A stretch of 64,000 bases of DNA. Origin: an uncultured virus (IMG/VR IMGVR_UViG_3300030376_002698). Its lineage: Duplodnaviria > Heunggongvirae > Uroviricota > Caudoviricetes. The notes under the pieces are model-generated. The model searched no databases. It was not told the origin of the DNA and saw nothing but the letters and a program-made list of their open reading frames with translations. The stretch covers positions 1-64,000 of the IMG/VR virus record IMGVR_UViG_3300030376_002698; one strand, written 5' to 3'. Of the stretch, positions 48,003 to 57,421 are shown piece after piece (position 1 is the first letter of the stretch; each line of letters begins with the position of its first letter). The position numbers were made by a program, and so were the translations under genes.

Positions 48003-48108
48003 TCTTTATTCTCTTTCTTAAAACTTTGTTTCTTTGCTTATTTTTATTGTATTGCTGTGAAGAAGTTTCTTTCTTTTTCAATACTTGGATTAATTCTTGA
48101 AATGTCAT
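47995..48108 (-). CDS. Small basic protein, 37 aa
   Basis: Manual translation; homolog 11093..11206. Confidence 0.6.
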   Translation of the reverse strand: MTFQELIQVLKKKETSSQQYNKNKQRNKVLRKRIKNG

Positions 48109-48281
48109 TAACTACGAATTGGGGTTCCACTAAATACAGTTCCTACTGCTTGTTCAAGTCTAAGGTTAGAACCTTCTTCCATTAACAAATAAGTTAAATC
48201 TTCTAGCTGTAAAACTTCATTAGGTACATCAGTTCTGCGATCACGATAGCGATCTTGTCCTCTTAATGAAAATCGTTGCAT
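48108..48281 (-). CDS. Small structural-region protein, 57 aa
   Basis: Manual translation MQRFSLRGQDRYRDRRTDVPN...; homolog 11206..11388. Confidence 0.65.
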   Translation of the reverse strand: MQRFSLRGQDRYRDRRTDVPNEVLQLEDLTYLLMEEGSNLRLEQAVGTVFSGTPIRS

Positions 48282-48282
48282 T

Positions 48283-48579
48283 TTATTGAGTTACTTCTGT
48301 CACTCTTGCAGTTCCTGTTACAGAGCCTACTCTTAAAAACGCTACCTTAGTAGAAGGTGCAACTCTAAAATACTCTGGAGTATAAGCAGGAATAATTAAA
48401 CTTGATGATGCAGCAGTTGGTGATGCACCAAACTCTACATAAGAATCTACAGTACAAACAATTCTAACTTCTCTAGTCTCACTATTAAAGGCTGAGCTAT
48501 TAGCAGCAGAAGAATCAGCAACAGCTACTGTATGATTAATATTTACTTTAAATGTGCTTGGACTTTTATTTGTTGTCAT
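48283..48579 (-). CDS. Putative capsid decoration protein
   Basis: Homolog of 11388..11675. Confidence 0.5.
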   Translation of the reverse strand: MTTNKSPSTFKVNINHTVAVADSSAANSSAFNSETREVRIVCTVDSYVEFGASPTAASSSLIIPAYTPEYFRVAPSTKVAFLRVGSVTGTARVTEVTQ

Positions 48580-48581
48580 AT

Positions 48582-48857
48582 CTACTCCGTTAACTCTGAA
48601 ATATATAATGAACCATTATCAGCAGATTTAATAGCAGATATAATATTACCTGCAGTTACTTTAAATACTTCATAGTCCTTTGCAGCTAAAGGTGTTTTAG
48701 CAGTTGTAGCAGTTACAGCAGGATTACTGATTGTAATAAAACAATCTGTAGTTGCATATAATCTAACATATCTTACTTGATCTGAAATAGCAGAACTATT
48801 TGCAGCTGTTCCTGTGTAGTCTACTTTTTGAACTACTCCACTTAATTTATAATACAT
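48582..48857 (-). CDS. Second decoration-like paralog (module B only)
   Basis: AANSSA, VRL..T.D, E.F.V, SEL pattern shared with its neighbour. Confidence 0.5.
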   Translation of the reverse strand: MYYKLSGVVQKVDYTGTAANSSAISDQVRYVRLYATTDCFITISNPAVTATTAKTPLAAKDYEVFKVTAGNIISAIKSADNGSLYISELTE

Positions 48858-48870
48858 AATTTATCCTTAA

Positions 48871-48900
48871 TAAAAGGAGGAGGCATAAAAGCCTCCCCCT
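48871..48900 (-). terminator. Rho-independent terminator after major capsid gene B
   Basis: GGAGGC-TTTTAT-GCCTCC stem followed by TTTT. Confidence 0.8.
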
Positions 48901-48908
48901 AGTTACTC

Positions 48909-49865
48909 TTATTGGTTGATATCTAAAATGACACCGTGTGCCGCTTCATTTCTCATTTCAAGAGTCCACTCAACTAATAGTTGCATTCTGTCTGAGTCAC
49001 CAGTTTTTGCTAGTTCACTCATTGTGAAATCTCTTAAGTAAGCCGCTGCGATCATGTCGCTTTGGATTAAGAAACAAGCTTTGTCATCAGTAGTTGCCAT
49101 TACTCTGTTAGGAACAATGTTGATATCTCCGAAGTCAGAAGAATATACGTCAATAGCTGCATATTCAGTTCTTGCTTCAGCAGGACCAAAACGAGTTGTA
49201 TTCGCATTAAATCCAGATATTACTTGTTTTACTTTTGGCGGTACTACTAACATATCAAGATCTCCACCAGCAGTGTAAACTTCTTGAATTACAGTCTTTA
49301 AAATAGTTTCTGTAAGATCTCTATCACTTCCACCTGTAGGTGCAGCAGTTAAGCCAGTTGATGAGTTAAAGCCAGTAGATAAAGCACCAGCAGCATCACC
49401 ATTTGTTTTAATCCAAGTAGCAAATGAGCCGATTTCTCTAGCTGCAGTTGCAGAACCAGCAACAGATACGTTTTCTTTAATGATAGCGAATTCCATATCT
49501 TTTTTAAGTTCTTTAGATTTTTTAGCGATTTGGTAAGCCATCTCATCTGCTCTACCAGCTGCATCAACAGCTCCTTGAGTACCAGATATTGAGATTACTT
49601 TATCCATGATTTGTGTAAAGTTTTTAAGTCTTTCAGTTGCTACCATAGCATCTGTAGTTGCTTCGTCACCTTCAATAACAGCATTAGCGCCAGGAGCTGC
49701 TAATGTGTCAGTTTGCCATTCGTGGGCTGTAGATGTTGCGACAGCTCTAGGTATAGCAGAAAGAATTGGTGTATCTGACGGTGCAATATTATATATTACG
49801 TCAGCCAAATCTTCTCGAATACCAGTAGTGTCATAAGTATCATACAAGTTTGTTGGTTGTGCCAT
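48909..49865 (-). CDS. Major capsid protein (module B)
   Basis: Homolog of 11727..12674 (44/60 identical over the N-terminal 60 aa). Confidence 0.85.
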   Translation of the reverse strand: MAQPTNLYDTYDTTGIREDLADVIYNIAPSDTPILSAIPRAVATSTAHEWQTDTLAAPGANAVIEGDEATTDAMVATERLKNFTQIMDKVISISGTQGAVDAAGRADEMAYQIAKKSKELKKDMEFAIIKENVSVAGSATAAREIGSFATWIKTNGDAAGALSTGFNSSTGLTAAPTGGSDRDLTETILKTVIQEVYTAGGDLDMLVVPPKVKQVISGFNANTTRFGPAEARTEYAAIDVYSSDFGDINIVPNRVMATTDDKACFLIQSDMIAAAYLRDFTMSELAKTGDSDRMQLLVEWTLEMRNEAAHGVILDINQ

Positions 49866-49891
49866 TTAAGGTCTCCTTATATTATTTATGA

Positions 49892-50911
49892 TTATTTAGT
49901 GTTAATACCTTGTCTAAATATAGCAGCAGCATCTTGCCATCTACCAGATTTAGCTAGGCGTTTTTTACTATCATTCATAGCTAAGTCTTTACGTTCACCT
50001 TTAGTTTTTGCAGTTCCAGATTTTAATACTTTTGGAGCATCAGCAACTTTTTTTACAATTCCAGGTTTAGATTTCTGAAGTTTTCTGTATGCCATTGCGT
50101 CTTTAAGTATTAAAAGCATTCTGTGATCTGTTAATCCAGCAATTTCTTGATCCATATAACCTTGATCAGATAAATATGTTTTCATATTTTGTCTTATCTC
50201 AGTAGATTTTGCAGCATCTTTCATTTCAGGCATCTTAATAAACATCTGTTTTTCTTGTTCAGATACATATTTTTGATACTCAGCTTGTTGTTGCTGTTGA
50301 ATTTGTATACGAGCTGCATCAAGATCTTTTTGTCTTTTTTGCATTTGATACTGTAAGCGTGAAGCTTGTACAGGATCTTCTTCGTACATTCTATCAAAAT
50401 CAATACTCTGTAATTCAGAGTCTAATTGGGATTTTAAAGATTGTTCAAGTGAATGTAAATTAGCCATTTGTGATTGAACAGTTTCTCGTTCACGTTGAAT
50501 CTGATCTTCTTGCTGTTTGCGCTCGATAGATAGTTCTTCTGTTTTACGAGAATAATCTGCTTGTCGTTGATATCCATTAATGAGTTCGTTTTGGTTAACC
50601 TCATATTTTTGTCCGTCAATTATAACAGGGAATATGGGTTCCTCAGAAATCTCTGTAGTTTCTACAATGTCAGATTCAACTGATTCATCATATTCTTCAG
50701 ACAAAGCATCTTCGTTAGGAACGTCACTTAGAGCATTAGTTATATTTTCTTTTGTAATTTTATCTACATGCCCTGTAGTTTGCGTTAATGTTTCTTCTGT
50801 AACCGTTGCGGTCTCAGTTGGTGCAGGTTGAGTGTCAGCTGATTGGTTCAACAAGCCCTTTATAGTATCTGCAGCTCCACTAACTGTGGTTGGCTNNNNN
50901 NNNNNCAGCAT
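49892..50911 (-). CDS. Capsid scaffolding protein (module B); 5' end disrupted by N gap
   Basis: GYQRQADYSRKT motif; true start uncertain. Confidence 0.75.
   Translation of the reverse strand: MLXXXXPTTVSGAADTIKGLLNQSADTQPAPTETATVTEETLTQTTGHVDKITKENITNALSDVPNEDALSEEYDESVESDIVETTEISEEPIFPVIIDGQKYEVNQNELINGYQRQADYSRKTEELSIERKQQEDQIQRERETVQSQMANLHSLEQSLKSQLDSELQSIDFDRMYEEDPVQASRLQYQMQKRQKDLDAARIQIQQQQQAEYQKYVSEQEKQMFIKMPEMKDAAKSTEIRQNMKTYLSDQGYMDQEIAGLTDHRMLLILKDAMAYRKLQKSKPGIVKKVADAPKVLKSGTAKTKGERKDLAMNDSKKRLAKSGRWQDAAAIFRQGINTK
50896..50905. other. Assembly gap (10 N)
   Basis: Run of n in the sequence. Confidence 1.
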
Positions 50912-50928
50912 CAGACATATATGTCCTC

Positions 50929-51198
50929 CTATTTTAGGTTTTTAAGATCTTGCAGTTGTTTACTAGCAAGTTTGCCTGTATTCATGATTTCAGTCAGGTG
51001 GGATTTAACCTTATCTAACTGATGCCAGGCTACCCAGATAGCTGTTCTAGCTTCTGAATCTTTGTAAGAAGTTTGAACCATTTCTTTTTCATATTGAGCT
51101 TTTAAAGTAGTAAAGCTTTCTACAAATAGTTCATTTTCTAATATGGTATTGGCTCTTGAGCCTTTTTCTTGTTCTCTTATTAAATCGTTTTCATTCAT
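50929..51198 (-). CDS. Conserved small protein between portal and scaffold
   Basis: Homolog of 13728..14000. Confidence 0.7.
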   Translation of the reverse strand: MNENDLIREQEKGSRANTILENELFVESFTTLKAQYEKEMVQTSYKDSEARTAIWVAWHQLDKVKSHLTEIMNTGKLASKQLQDLKNLK

Positions 51199-53327
51199 CT
51201 AGAGTCATTAGGGTTAAAGAAAGTTTGTTGCTGTCTTTGCGTTTCTTCACCTATATCACCTAATTGTGGTGTTTGTCCATCACTTTTAGATGTCATAGCT
51301 TCACGTTTGATAGCATTAGAGTCAAATTGTACCTGATACTTAGCTTCTAACTCTTTTATTCTAGTCTCAAACTCTAATATCATTTGTTGTGTTTTGAGAT
51401 CTAGTTCTTTCTCTTTCACTTGCATATCAAGGATTTTACGCTGATTTTCTCCTTGTACTTGTGCAAGTGTAACCTTTTCAAATTCTGTAGGTGGTGGTGG
51501 TTGTGGAGGTGGCATTTGCGATGCACCTATAATAGGATCTGTAAAGTATGTTTCAACATTTTTCAGCCCTGCAGCTTCCACAAGTTTAGTTAATGTATTG
51601 TGTACATTTCTTAAATTAACCATTGGACCAGCAGCAGATTTTTGTAAGTTAATTGCTTGTAATTGTCTCTCCAATATGTTGTTAAGAATAACAAGTTCTT
51701 GTTCTTTACTACCTGTACCAAGTCCTACTTGTATATCAACATTACATCTATTTACCCATTCCATTGGCATCATAGTAACATACTGTTCATTAACACGAAT
51801 AATTTTTTCTTTAGTTTCATATTTAATGACAGTTTCTAAAAGTTTTTTGAATAACTCTTTGACACCTGTTTCAGCAAAAACTCTACAGATTAATTCTACT
51901 CTAAGCTGCGCTTGTGTTAAAATCTGATTTATACCTGATGCTGTTTTATTTAATGAATCAGCATCCATACCTTGTGAGTATCTAGTAATACCTGTACGTT
52001 GTTCTCTTACTACATCTAAGTATTCCAATAGAGGCATAGCTTGTTGATTAAGAGGTTGTGACTGTAATGGTTGTATAACAGACTGTGGTGGTTGTTTAGT
52101 TCTAACAATTCCACCTGGTCGGTTAGTCAATAAATCATCAATATTTACTTGACCATCCATAACTGCAATACGATTATTATTAGTAAGATACATATTATCT
52201 AATAGTTGTCGCATAATAGTAGATTTAACTAATTGTACATCCTCTACTAACTCAGATACAGAACGACCATAAAAACGGTGTGGCACTAGAATAGGTGTAA
52301 CACTTACAAAAGGTTGTCTGTCAAAAGGCACATTATCTAAAATTTTATATGAGCTGTCGCCTGCTACAGTTACCTTGCGTAATTCCGCAATTCCATCTTC
52401 ATCTTCATCAAGTTTGATATAGCATTCGTAAATAAGTATTTGTTCGTTTGCAGTATCAGATGCTGTATGACGATTTAATGAATTATAATCTAAATCTTCG
52501 TATCTTGCTGTACGTTCTTCACTGTATCTTTGATCATTATCAGTAGGTAAACTTTTTACTTCATCTACATCAAAACCCATTTCAACTAATTCAGAACGAG
52601 TAATATATTTTCTATGTGCTGTAAAATGTGCATCCTCAATAGTTTTAGCATTACGAGCTATTAAAAACTCTTCAGGTGGTACGTTCTCTATTCGTACTTG
52701 TCCTTTTTTATTCATTCTATTGACAACAACATCATGCATTTTACCGCTAGACTGTACATCAGATGGCATACCTTGAGCTTCAATATAGTCAGCAGCTTCT
52801 TTTAAAGCTTCTTCATCATCTATATCGTACTCAGTATGTTCTAATACTTTTACTTCAGGATCTGCTACTAACATAGCAAACTCATCATCAGTTAGTCCTG
52901 CATATGTAGATCTTTCTACATCTAATGAATCATCCCAATAGATCTTCATAATACCATTCTTTTGTAGAAGAGCATCTTTGAAAAAAGTATACATTAAAGT
53001 AAAGCCAGGATTATCTTTATAAAAGACGTGATTTAGATAATCAGTTGCTTGCTTTGCAGCAGCTTCATCACCTGGTTTGTTTCCAACACATTGTACTGCT
53101 TTAGGTGATGCAGTAAATGTTCGCATTATTGTAGGTAGTATAGACTCAATAGTATCAGCAACATCTGTACTAATTACTTGTGATCTACCATCTTGTTCAT
53201 TACCAAACGGTTCGCCAAAATAATATTCTAAAGACTTTGTTCTTTGTTCTGTTAGCTCACCACCAAGATACCCCATTGAGGTTTGTATCTCAGATGCTAT
53301 CAGAGCCTTTAATTTATATTCATCCAT
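51195..53327 (-). CDS. Portal protein (module B)
   Basis: Homolog of 13987..16200. Confidence 0.85.
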   Translation of the reverse strand: MDEYKLKALIASEIQTSMGYLGGELTEQRTKSLEYYFGEPFGNEQDGRSQVISTDVADTIESILPTIMRTFTASPKAVQCVGNKPGDEAAAKQATDYLNHVFYKDNPGFTLMYTFFKDALLQKNGIMKIYWDDSLDVERSTYAGLTDDEFAMLVADPEVKVLEHTEYDIDDEEALKEAADYIEAQGMPSDVQSSGKMHDVVVNRMNKKGQVRIENVPPEEFLIARNAKTIEDAHFTAHRKYITRSELVEMGFDVDEVKSLPTDNDQRYSEERTARYEDLDYNSLNRHTASDTANEQILIYECYIKLDEDEDGIAELRKVTVAGDSSYKILDNVPFDRQPFVSVTPILVPHRFYGRSVSELVEDVQLVKSTIMRQLLDNMYLTNNNRIAVMDGQVNIDDLLTNRPGGIVRTKQPPQSVIQPLQSQPLNQQAMPLLEYLDVVREQRTGITRYSQGMDADSLNKTASGINQILTQAQLRVELICRVFAETGVKELFKKLLETVIKYETKEKIIRVNEQYVTMMPMEWVNRCNVDIQVGLGTGSKEQELVILNNILERQLQAINLQKSAAGPMVNLRNVHNTLTKLVEAAGLKNVETYFTDPIIGASQMPPPQPPPPTEFEKVTLAQVQGENQRKILDMQVKEKELDLKTQQMILEFETRIKELEAKYQVQFDSNAIKREAMTSKSDGQTPQLGDIGEETQRQQQTFFNPNDSR

Positions 53328-53340
53328 TATATTATATACC

Positions 53341-53394
53341 TTATTTGTTTTTCGTTAATTTTTTAGCTTTAACTTTAACTAATTTACTAAACAT
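53341..53394 (-). CDS. Cationic micropeptide, 17 aa
   Basis: Manual translation MFSKLVKVKAKKLTKNK; start context resembles the MISK genes. Confidence 0.4.
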   Translation of the reverse strand: MFSKLVKVKAKKLTKNK

Positions 53395-53395
53395 A

Positions 53396-53644
53396 TTACT
53401 TTTTGGCCGAAATGAAATTGTTTACTCCTGCTTTTTTATAAACAGATCTTGCTGTTTTACTTGGACTTCCAACTACTGGTTTACCCCTCCTTTTTATACT
53501 TGCAGAAATAGCTTTAAGTTCAAATTGTGCAATTTTTTTAACTTCAGCAATATCACTTTTAGTTAATGTTTTTTTGTTTGCTAGCTTACTTAATCTAGCT
53601 TTTGCATGTTTTATATTTTTTAAATTTATAGCTTTACTAATCAT
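53396..53644 (-). CDS. Cationic MISK-type protein
   Basis: MISKA start, K-rich. Confidence 0.65.
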   Translation of the reverse strand: MISKAINLKNIKHAKARLSKLANKKTLTKSDIAEVKKIAQFELKAISASIKRRGKPVVGSPSKTARSVYKKAGVNNFISAKK

Positions 53645-53860
53645 ATTAACAGTTCCATTTCTTTAATTATTTTTTTGTTTTCTTTTTTTTAGTAGGCTTT
53701 GCTTTTTTTAGCATACTTTTTTTACTTGCAATGGCAGATCTAAGTTCTTTAACAGAAGAATAATTTTCTGGGTTAATTTTTCGCATACCTATACTTGATA
53801 ATTTTCTATTTATTGCACCTAAGTTTATACTTTTCATATTAGCAGTTCCATTTCTTTAAT
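53642..53860 (-). repeat. 26-bp direct repeat pair (53642..53667, 53835..53860)
   Basis: ATTAAAGAAATGGAACTG(C/T)TAATATG, one mismatch. Confidence 0.9.
53667..53837 (-). CDS. Cationic protein, 56 aa
   Basis: Manual translation MKSINLGAINRKLSS...KKAKPTKKKKTKK, between the 26-bp repeats. Confidence 0.6.
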   Translation of the reverse strand: MKSINLGAINRKLSSIGMRKINPENYSSVKELRSAIASKKSMLKKAKPTKKKKTKK

Positions 53861-54120
53861 GCTTTATTAATTCTTGAGTTTGGATCATTAGCAGTCTTTT
53901 TAGAAGTTAATCGTTTCTTCATGCCACCCATTCTTGCACAAAATGATTTTCTTCGTTTAGCAGCTTTAGATCCTTTTTTTAATTTACTTGGTTTTGTAGT
54001 TACAGCAGTCTTTAGTTTACTACCTGGATTAGCACGTCTGTACGATGCTACACCCTTTTTGTTTAATCCACCAGAAGAACTTTTACCTTCTTTACGTTGC
54101 CATGCAGGAGATTTTGCCAT
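53839..54120 (-). CDS. Conserved small basic phage protein (DUF6321-like)
   Basis: AWQRKEGK..GGLN, RRKSFCARM, KWNC motifs, recalled from memory. Confidence 0.7.
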   Translation of the reverse strand: MAKSPAWQRKEGKSSSGGLNKKGVASYRRANPGSKLKTAVTTKPSKLKKGSKAAKRRKSFCARMGGMKKRLTSKKTANDPNSRINKALKKWNC

Positions 54121-54395
54121 TATTTTTTTGTTTTCTTTTTATTTTGTACAGATCTACCTACTGCACCAGCAGTCGCTCCAAGACCTGTACCTACTACGCC
54201 TCCAACAAGTATACCAGGACCATATTTTTTAATTGTTGGCTTTGCTCTTCTACCATATCTTTTTGCCATTAATTTTGCAGTTTCTTTTTTGCCTATTAAT
54301 TTACTTGCTGATTTAGCTTGTTTTATATCTGTTTTTAATGTGGTTTTTACACCATGGAATGCACTTCTAGCTGCATTTACATATTTACTGATCAT
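54120..54395 (-). CDS. Cationic MISK-type protein with glycine zipper
   Basis: MISK start; GILVGGVVGTGLGATAGAVG. Confidence 0.65.
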   Translation of the reverse strand: MISKYVNAARSAFHGVKTTLKTDIKQAKSASKLIGKKETAKLMAKRYGRRAKPTIKKYGPGILVGGVVGTGLGATAGAVGRSVQNKKKTKK

Positions 54396-54409
54396 ATTAT
54401 ATACCTTTA

Positions 54410-54622
54410 TTATTTCTTTTTATTATCTTTTGTGCCTAATTTATAAGCACCATAAAGAAATCCAGCTTTTACAGGTATTCCAATTGCTGAACCTACTATC
54501 ATTGCTTTTGTCATAGGATCTGCTTTACTATATTTTCTACCTAATTTTTTTTTAACAATTTTAGATTTTCTACCTGTGTTTTTTAAATAATTAAAAGCTT
54601 TTTTTGATGCTTTACTGATCAT
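54410..54622 (-). CDS. Cationic MISK-type protein with hydrophobic segment
   Basis: MISKA start; AMIVGSAIGIPVKAGFLYG. Confidence 0.65.
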   Translation of the reverse strand: MISKASKKAFNYLKNTGRKSKIVKKKLGRKYSKADPMTKAMIVGSAIGIPVKAGFLYGAYKLGTKDNKKK

Positions 54623-54642
54623 ATTATATACCTCCTATTCCT

Positions 54643-54990
54643 TTAAAAAGGAACATATATTGTTTTTGTTGCTAATTTAAATTTAACTGATTGTTTTCTT
54701 TGAGGTCTTGACAGTAAATTTTCTTTTCTTTCTGACTTTTTTAGATCTTTATACTTAGATTTACTTAAGGGAAAAGTTCCCCATTTAGAAGAACCTTGTG
54801 ATTTAAATTTTTTATCCATGTATTTTCTTTGTGCTTTTAAACCTCTACGAGATCTATACAGAACATTTCTCACTGATGGCTGTCCATAATCGCCAGTTGT
54901 TTCAAATTGTGTTTTGTATCTCTTTAAACTTTTTGATTTACTTTTACCAAAAGCTTTTGTGCCTGCTCGAATAGCTGCTTTACTGATCAT
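54643..54990 (-). CDS. Cationic MISK-type protein
   Basis: MISKA start overlapping the terL stop. Confidence 0.65.
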   Translation of the reverse strand: MISKAAIRAGTKAFGKSKSKSLKRYKTQFETTGDYGQPSVRNVLYRSRRGLKAQRKYMDKKFKSQGSSKWGTFPLSKSKYKDLKKSERKENLLSRPQRKQSVKFKLATKTIYVPF

Positions 54991-56279
54991 ATTATATACC
55001 TTGTATCTACGTTAATATCTTTAGCCCAATCTGATCTTTCAGGCGCTTCGCCTACACACCCATATCTAAAACTGTCAGATCCGTGTGAAGCCCAGTTATG
55101 ATGGGGTTTATTTTTAAAGACTTGGTTCTTATCATCAAATACCTTTTTATATTGTTTGAGAGCTTCGATGCCTTGTTTGCATCTTATTCTATCAAACCAA
55201 CAATTAGGTAATGTGTTTCTTACGGATTCTATACCGTGATCTACTTCTAGTTTAGGAGCTACTTCAAAGTTTAATCCTAACTCTGCAGCTACTTCTAATC
55301 TAGATTTACCTGTGCCTAGTTCCCTAGTTACAATATCGTGTGGAGCTATATGTGCACCATAGTTATATGGCTTTTCATTTAACTTACTTACATAAAATGC
55401 TAATGATTCACCATTTGTTTCATAGTAATCAATTAGTCTTACTTCGTTATTAACTCGTTGTGCAAACCAAATTGCAGTAGAGTCACCAATACCTAAATCC
55501 CACCATGTTTCTACATCTACTGTAGGATCATATGGTACATCACCTATACGTTTTTCTTTTTCTGCTTGTTCCATTAAAGCACCATAATAAGCACCTTGTA
55601 CTGCAGCATTAAATGAACATTCATACTCCTGTTGAAATTGTGAGTCTGGCATAGTGCGTTGTGCATCTTCTAACTCCCAGTCAGGAATAACATTAGTGTC
55701 AGATGATCTATACATACAACCATACCAATCTCCACTATCAGTACGTTTTGCAAAATCAAATACTTCCCAGAACTGATTATGCCCCATTGGTGTTCCTATA
55801 AAGATAACAAACCCAAGTTTATCAGATACTGCAGGTCTTATAATCTCAGTCCAGGTACGAGGTGACATAAGAGCAAACTCATCTAATACTACTCCATCAA
55901 ACCCTAGTCCACGAAGTGCATCTGGATTGTCAGCACCAAATATCTGTATTCTTGATCCGTTATATAAATCTATTTTTAATTCTGTTTCGTTTCTACCACC
56001 ACCAAGTTCCATTAATGGTTCTGTATATTCTTTGAGATAGTCAAAAGCTACAGCCTTACCTTGTCGGTAGGTAGGTGCTATGTAAGCTAATCTAGCATTA
56101 TCTTTTTCAACAGCAGTAGCTACTAGTTTCCATATAGCTAGGCAGGTCTTACCAAAACGTCTATGACAAACAATAACATTAAATCTTTTTAAGTTTTGGA
56201 ATACTTCCCACTGATACTTACGAGGTGTAAACGGTATTGTTATTTCTTTTTGTTTTACTTCTTTTCTGGTGCGTGGCAT
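54987..56279 (-). CDS. terL: Terminase large subunit (module B)
   Basis: HRRFGKT, VVLDE, GTP, WDLG motifs; homolog of 16202..17461. Confidence 0.92.
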   Translation of the reverse strand: MPRTRKEVKQKEITIPFTPRKYQWEVFQNLKRFNVIVCHRRFGKTCLAIWKLVATAVEKDNARLAYIAPTYRQGKAVAFDYLKEYTEPLMELGGGRNETELKIDLYNGSRIQIFGADNPDALRGLGFDGVVLDEFALMSPRTWTEIIRPAVSDKLGFVIFIGTPMGHNQFWEVFDFAKRTDSGDWYGCMYRSSDTNVIPDWELEDAQRTMPDSQFQQEYECSFNAAVQGAYYGALMEQAEKEKRIGDVPYDPTVDVETWWDLGIGDSTAIWFAQRVNNEVRLIDYYETNGESLAFYVSKLNEKPYNYGAHIAPHDIVTRELGTGKSRLEVAAELGLNFEVAPKLEVDHGIESVRNTLPNCWFDRIRCKQGIEALKQYKKVFDDKNQVFKNKPHHNWASHGSDSFRYGCVGEAPERSDWAKDINVDTRYII

Positions 56280-56542
56280 AAATTTATACTAATTGGTTTT
56301 TTGCTATCACCAGTTATTTTGTGTTCCTTACTTGCTAATCTAGCATGCACGAAAGGTGCAGCTTTCTCTGCAGCCCACATCTTCCGTTCAGGAGAAGTAC
56401 CAGGATTGTTTAAGACATTCAACATATAATCCAACGGTGTTCTACTTGCACCCCTAATTTTAGCTTCAAGATTAGCGCCTTTACTGCCATCTTTTACGCC
56501 TTTAGGTCTACCAGCTCCTGGTCTTTTACCGCCATGTGCCAT
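56255..56542 (-). CDS. terS: Terminase small subunit (module B)
   Basis: HGGKRPGAGRPKG; overlaps the terL start. Confidence 0.72.
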   Translation of the reverse strand: MAHGGKRPGAGRPKGVKDGSKGANLEAKIRGASRTPLDYMLNVLNNPGTSPERKMWAAEKAAPFVHARLASKEHKITGDSKKPISINLCHAPEKK

Positions 56543-56817
56543 TATACTCTTACGCCTCTACGTCTTAGAGCTTCATTAAGTCTATTAGTTCTACCACGTT
56601 GTACAGCTTTACCTTGTGTATATCCTATAGTACCAGCAGCACCGCCACCAATAGTAACAGGGTTAAGTAATGCTTTACCTGCTAATGTCTGTGCACCACC
56701 TAATACTGTTTTCTTTTTAGTAGACTTTTTCTTGCTTTTTTTCTTTTTCTTTTTAAATATCTTGCTTTCTTTATTAGAAGCTTTTTTAAATAGCTTACTT
56801 GCAACTTTACCTATCAT
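56542..56817 (-). CDS. Lys-rich protein with glycine-rich hydrophobic segment
   Basis: Poly-K tract then IGGGAAGTIG; coupled overlaps. Confidence 0.6.
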   Translation of the reverse strand: MIGKVASKLFKKASNKESKIFKKKKKKSKKKSTKKKTVLGGAQTLAGKALLNPVTIGGGAAGTIGYTQGKAVQRGRTNRLNEALRRRGVRV

Positions 56818-57170
56818 TTTGCCCTCCTTTTGGCATTTTTATATCTAGCCATTTGTAGTCTTTCTGACCTATTAACAGCTTTACGTTGTTGTGCTTTACT
56901 TACTGATCCAAATTTACCACCAAAATCTGTAGTCATATATCCAGTTGGTTTACTTCCTACAGGTTCAGGTCTTGACACTTTATCAAATTCATAAACTTCT
57001 TTTTTTGGTTTTATAGCTTGTTGTTTCTTAAAAGTCTTAGCATACTTTTTAGTTGGCTTACCAGCAATAAACGCAGCTAATTGATCTTCATTTAATTTAT
57101 CTTTTAATTTTTTAGGTTTTTTTTTCTTAGTTGTAAGGTACTTAGAAGCAAACCTACTTATGCGAACCAT
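56814..57170 (-). CDS. Lys-rich basic protein
   Basis: Coupled overlaps. Confidence 0.6.
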   Translation of the reverse strand: MVRISRFASKYLTTKKKKPKKLKDKLNEDQLAAFIAGKPTKKYAKTFKKQQAIKPKKEVYEFDKVSRPEPVGSKPTGYMTTDFGGKFGSVSKAQQRKAVNRSERLQMARYKNAKRRAK

Positions 57171-57421
57171 TATCTATTTAATAGACCAGGCATCATTGCA
57201 TCTCTAGTTGTTGGCGGAGCCATACGTCTAGGTTGTTGCATTTGATTCATTTGTGGAGGTACAGGTGCAGCTCCCATAGGTCCAGGTACATTAGATACTT
57301 GTCCTGGTTGCTGTGGTTGTACCATTTGTTGTTTTGCCATAACTATCTTACCGAGAGTTTGTAACTCATTAGCTGATAGTGCAGATATTTCTTCTGCTAG
57401 TGTAACTAAACTTTTAGCCAT
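57170..57421 (-). CDS. Gln/Pro/Met-rich small protein
   Basis: Coupled overlaps; ends GLL. Confidence 0.6.
   Translation of the reverse strand: MAKSLVTLAEEISALSANELQTLGKIVMAKQQMVQPQQPGQVSNVPGPMGAAPVPPQMNQMQQPRRMAPPTTRDAMMPGLLNR

Larger units (their letters stand above)
54384..55001 (-). repeat. 23-bp exact direct repeat x3 (54384..54406, 54611..54633, 54979..55001)
   Basis: AGGTATATAATATGATCAGTAAA at each gene start; partial copy at 53329..53342. Confidence 0.95.

Noticed and set aside
50896..50905. N gap as the junction between the two units
   Set aside because: Both sides belong to the same module in the expected gene order
54384..55001. 23-bp repeats as a CRISPR array
   Set aside because: Spacers are 200-350 bp protein-coding genes of unequal length; no cas genes
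54384..55001. TATAAT within the repeat as a promoter -10 box
   Set aside because: It abuts the ATG directly, too close even for a leaderless start, and derives from terL coding sequence
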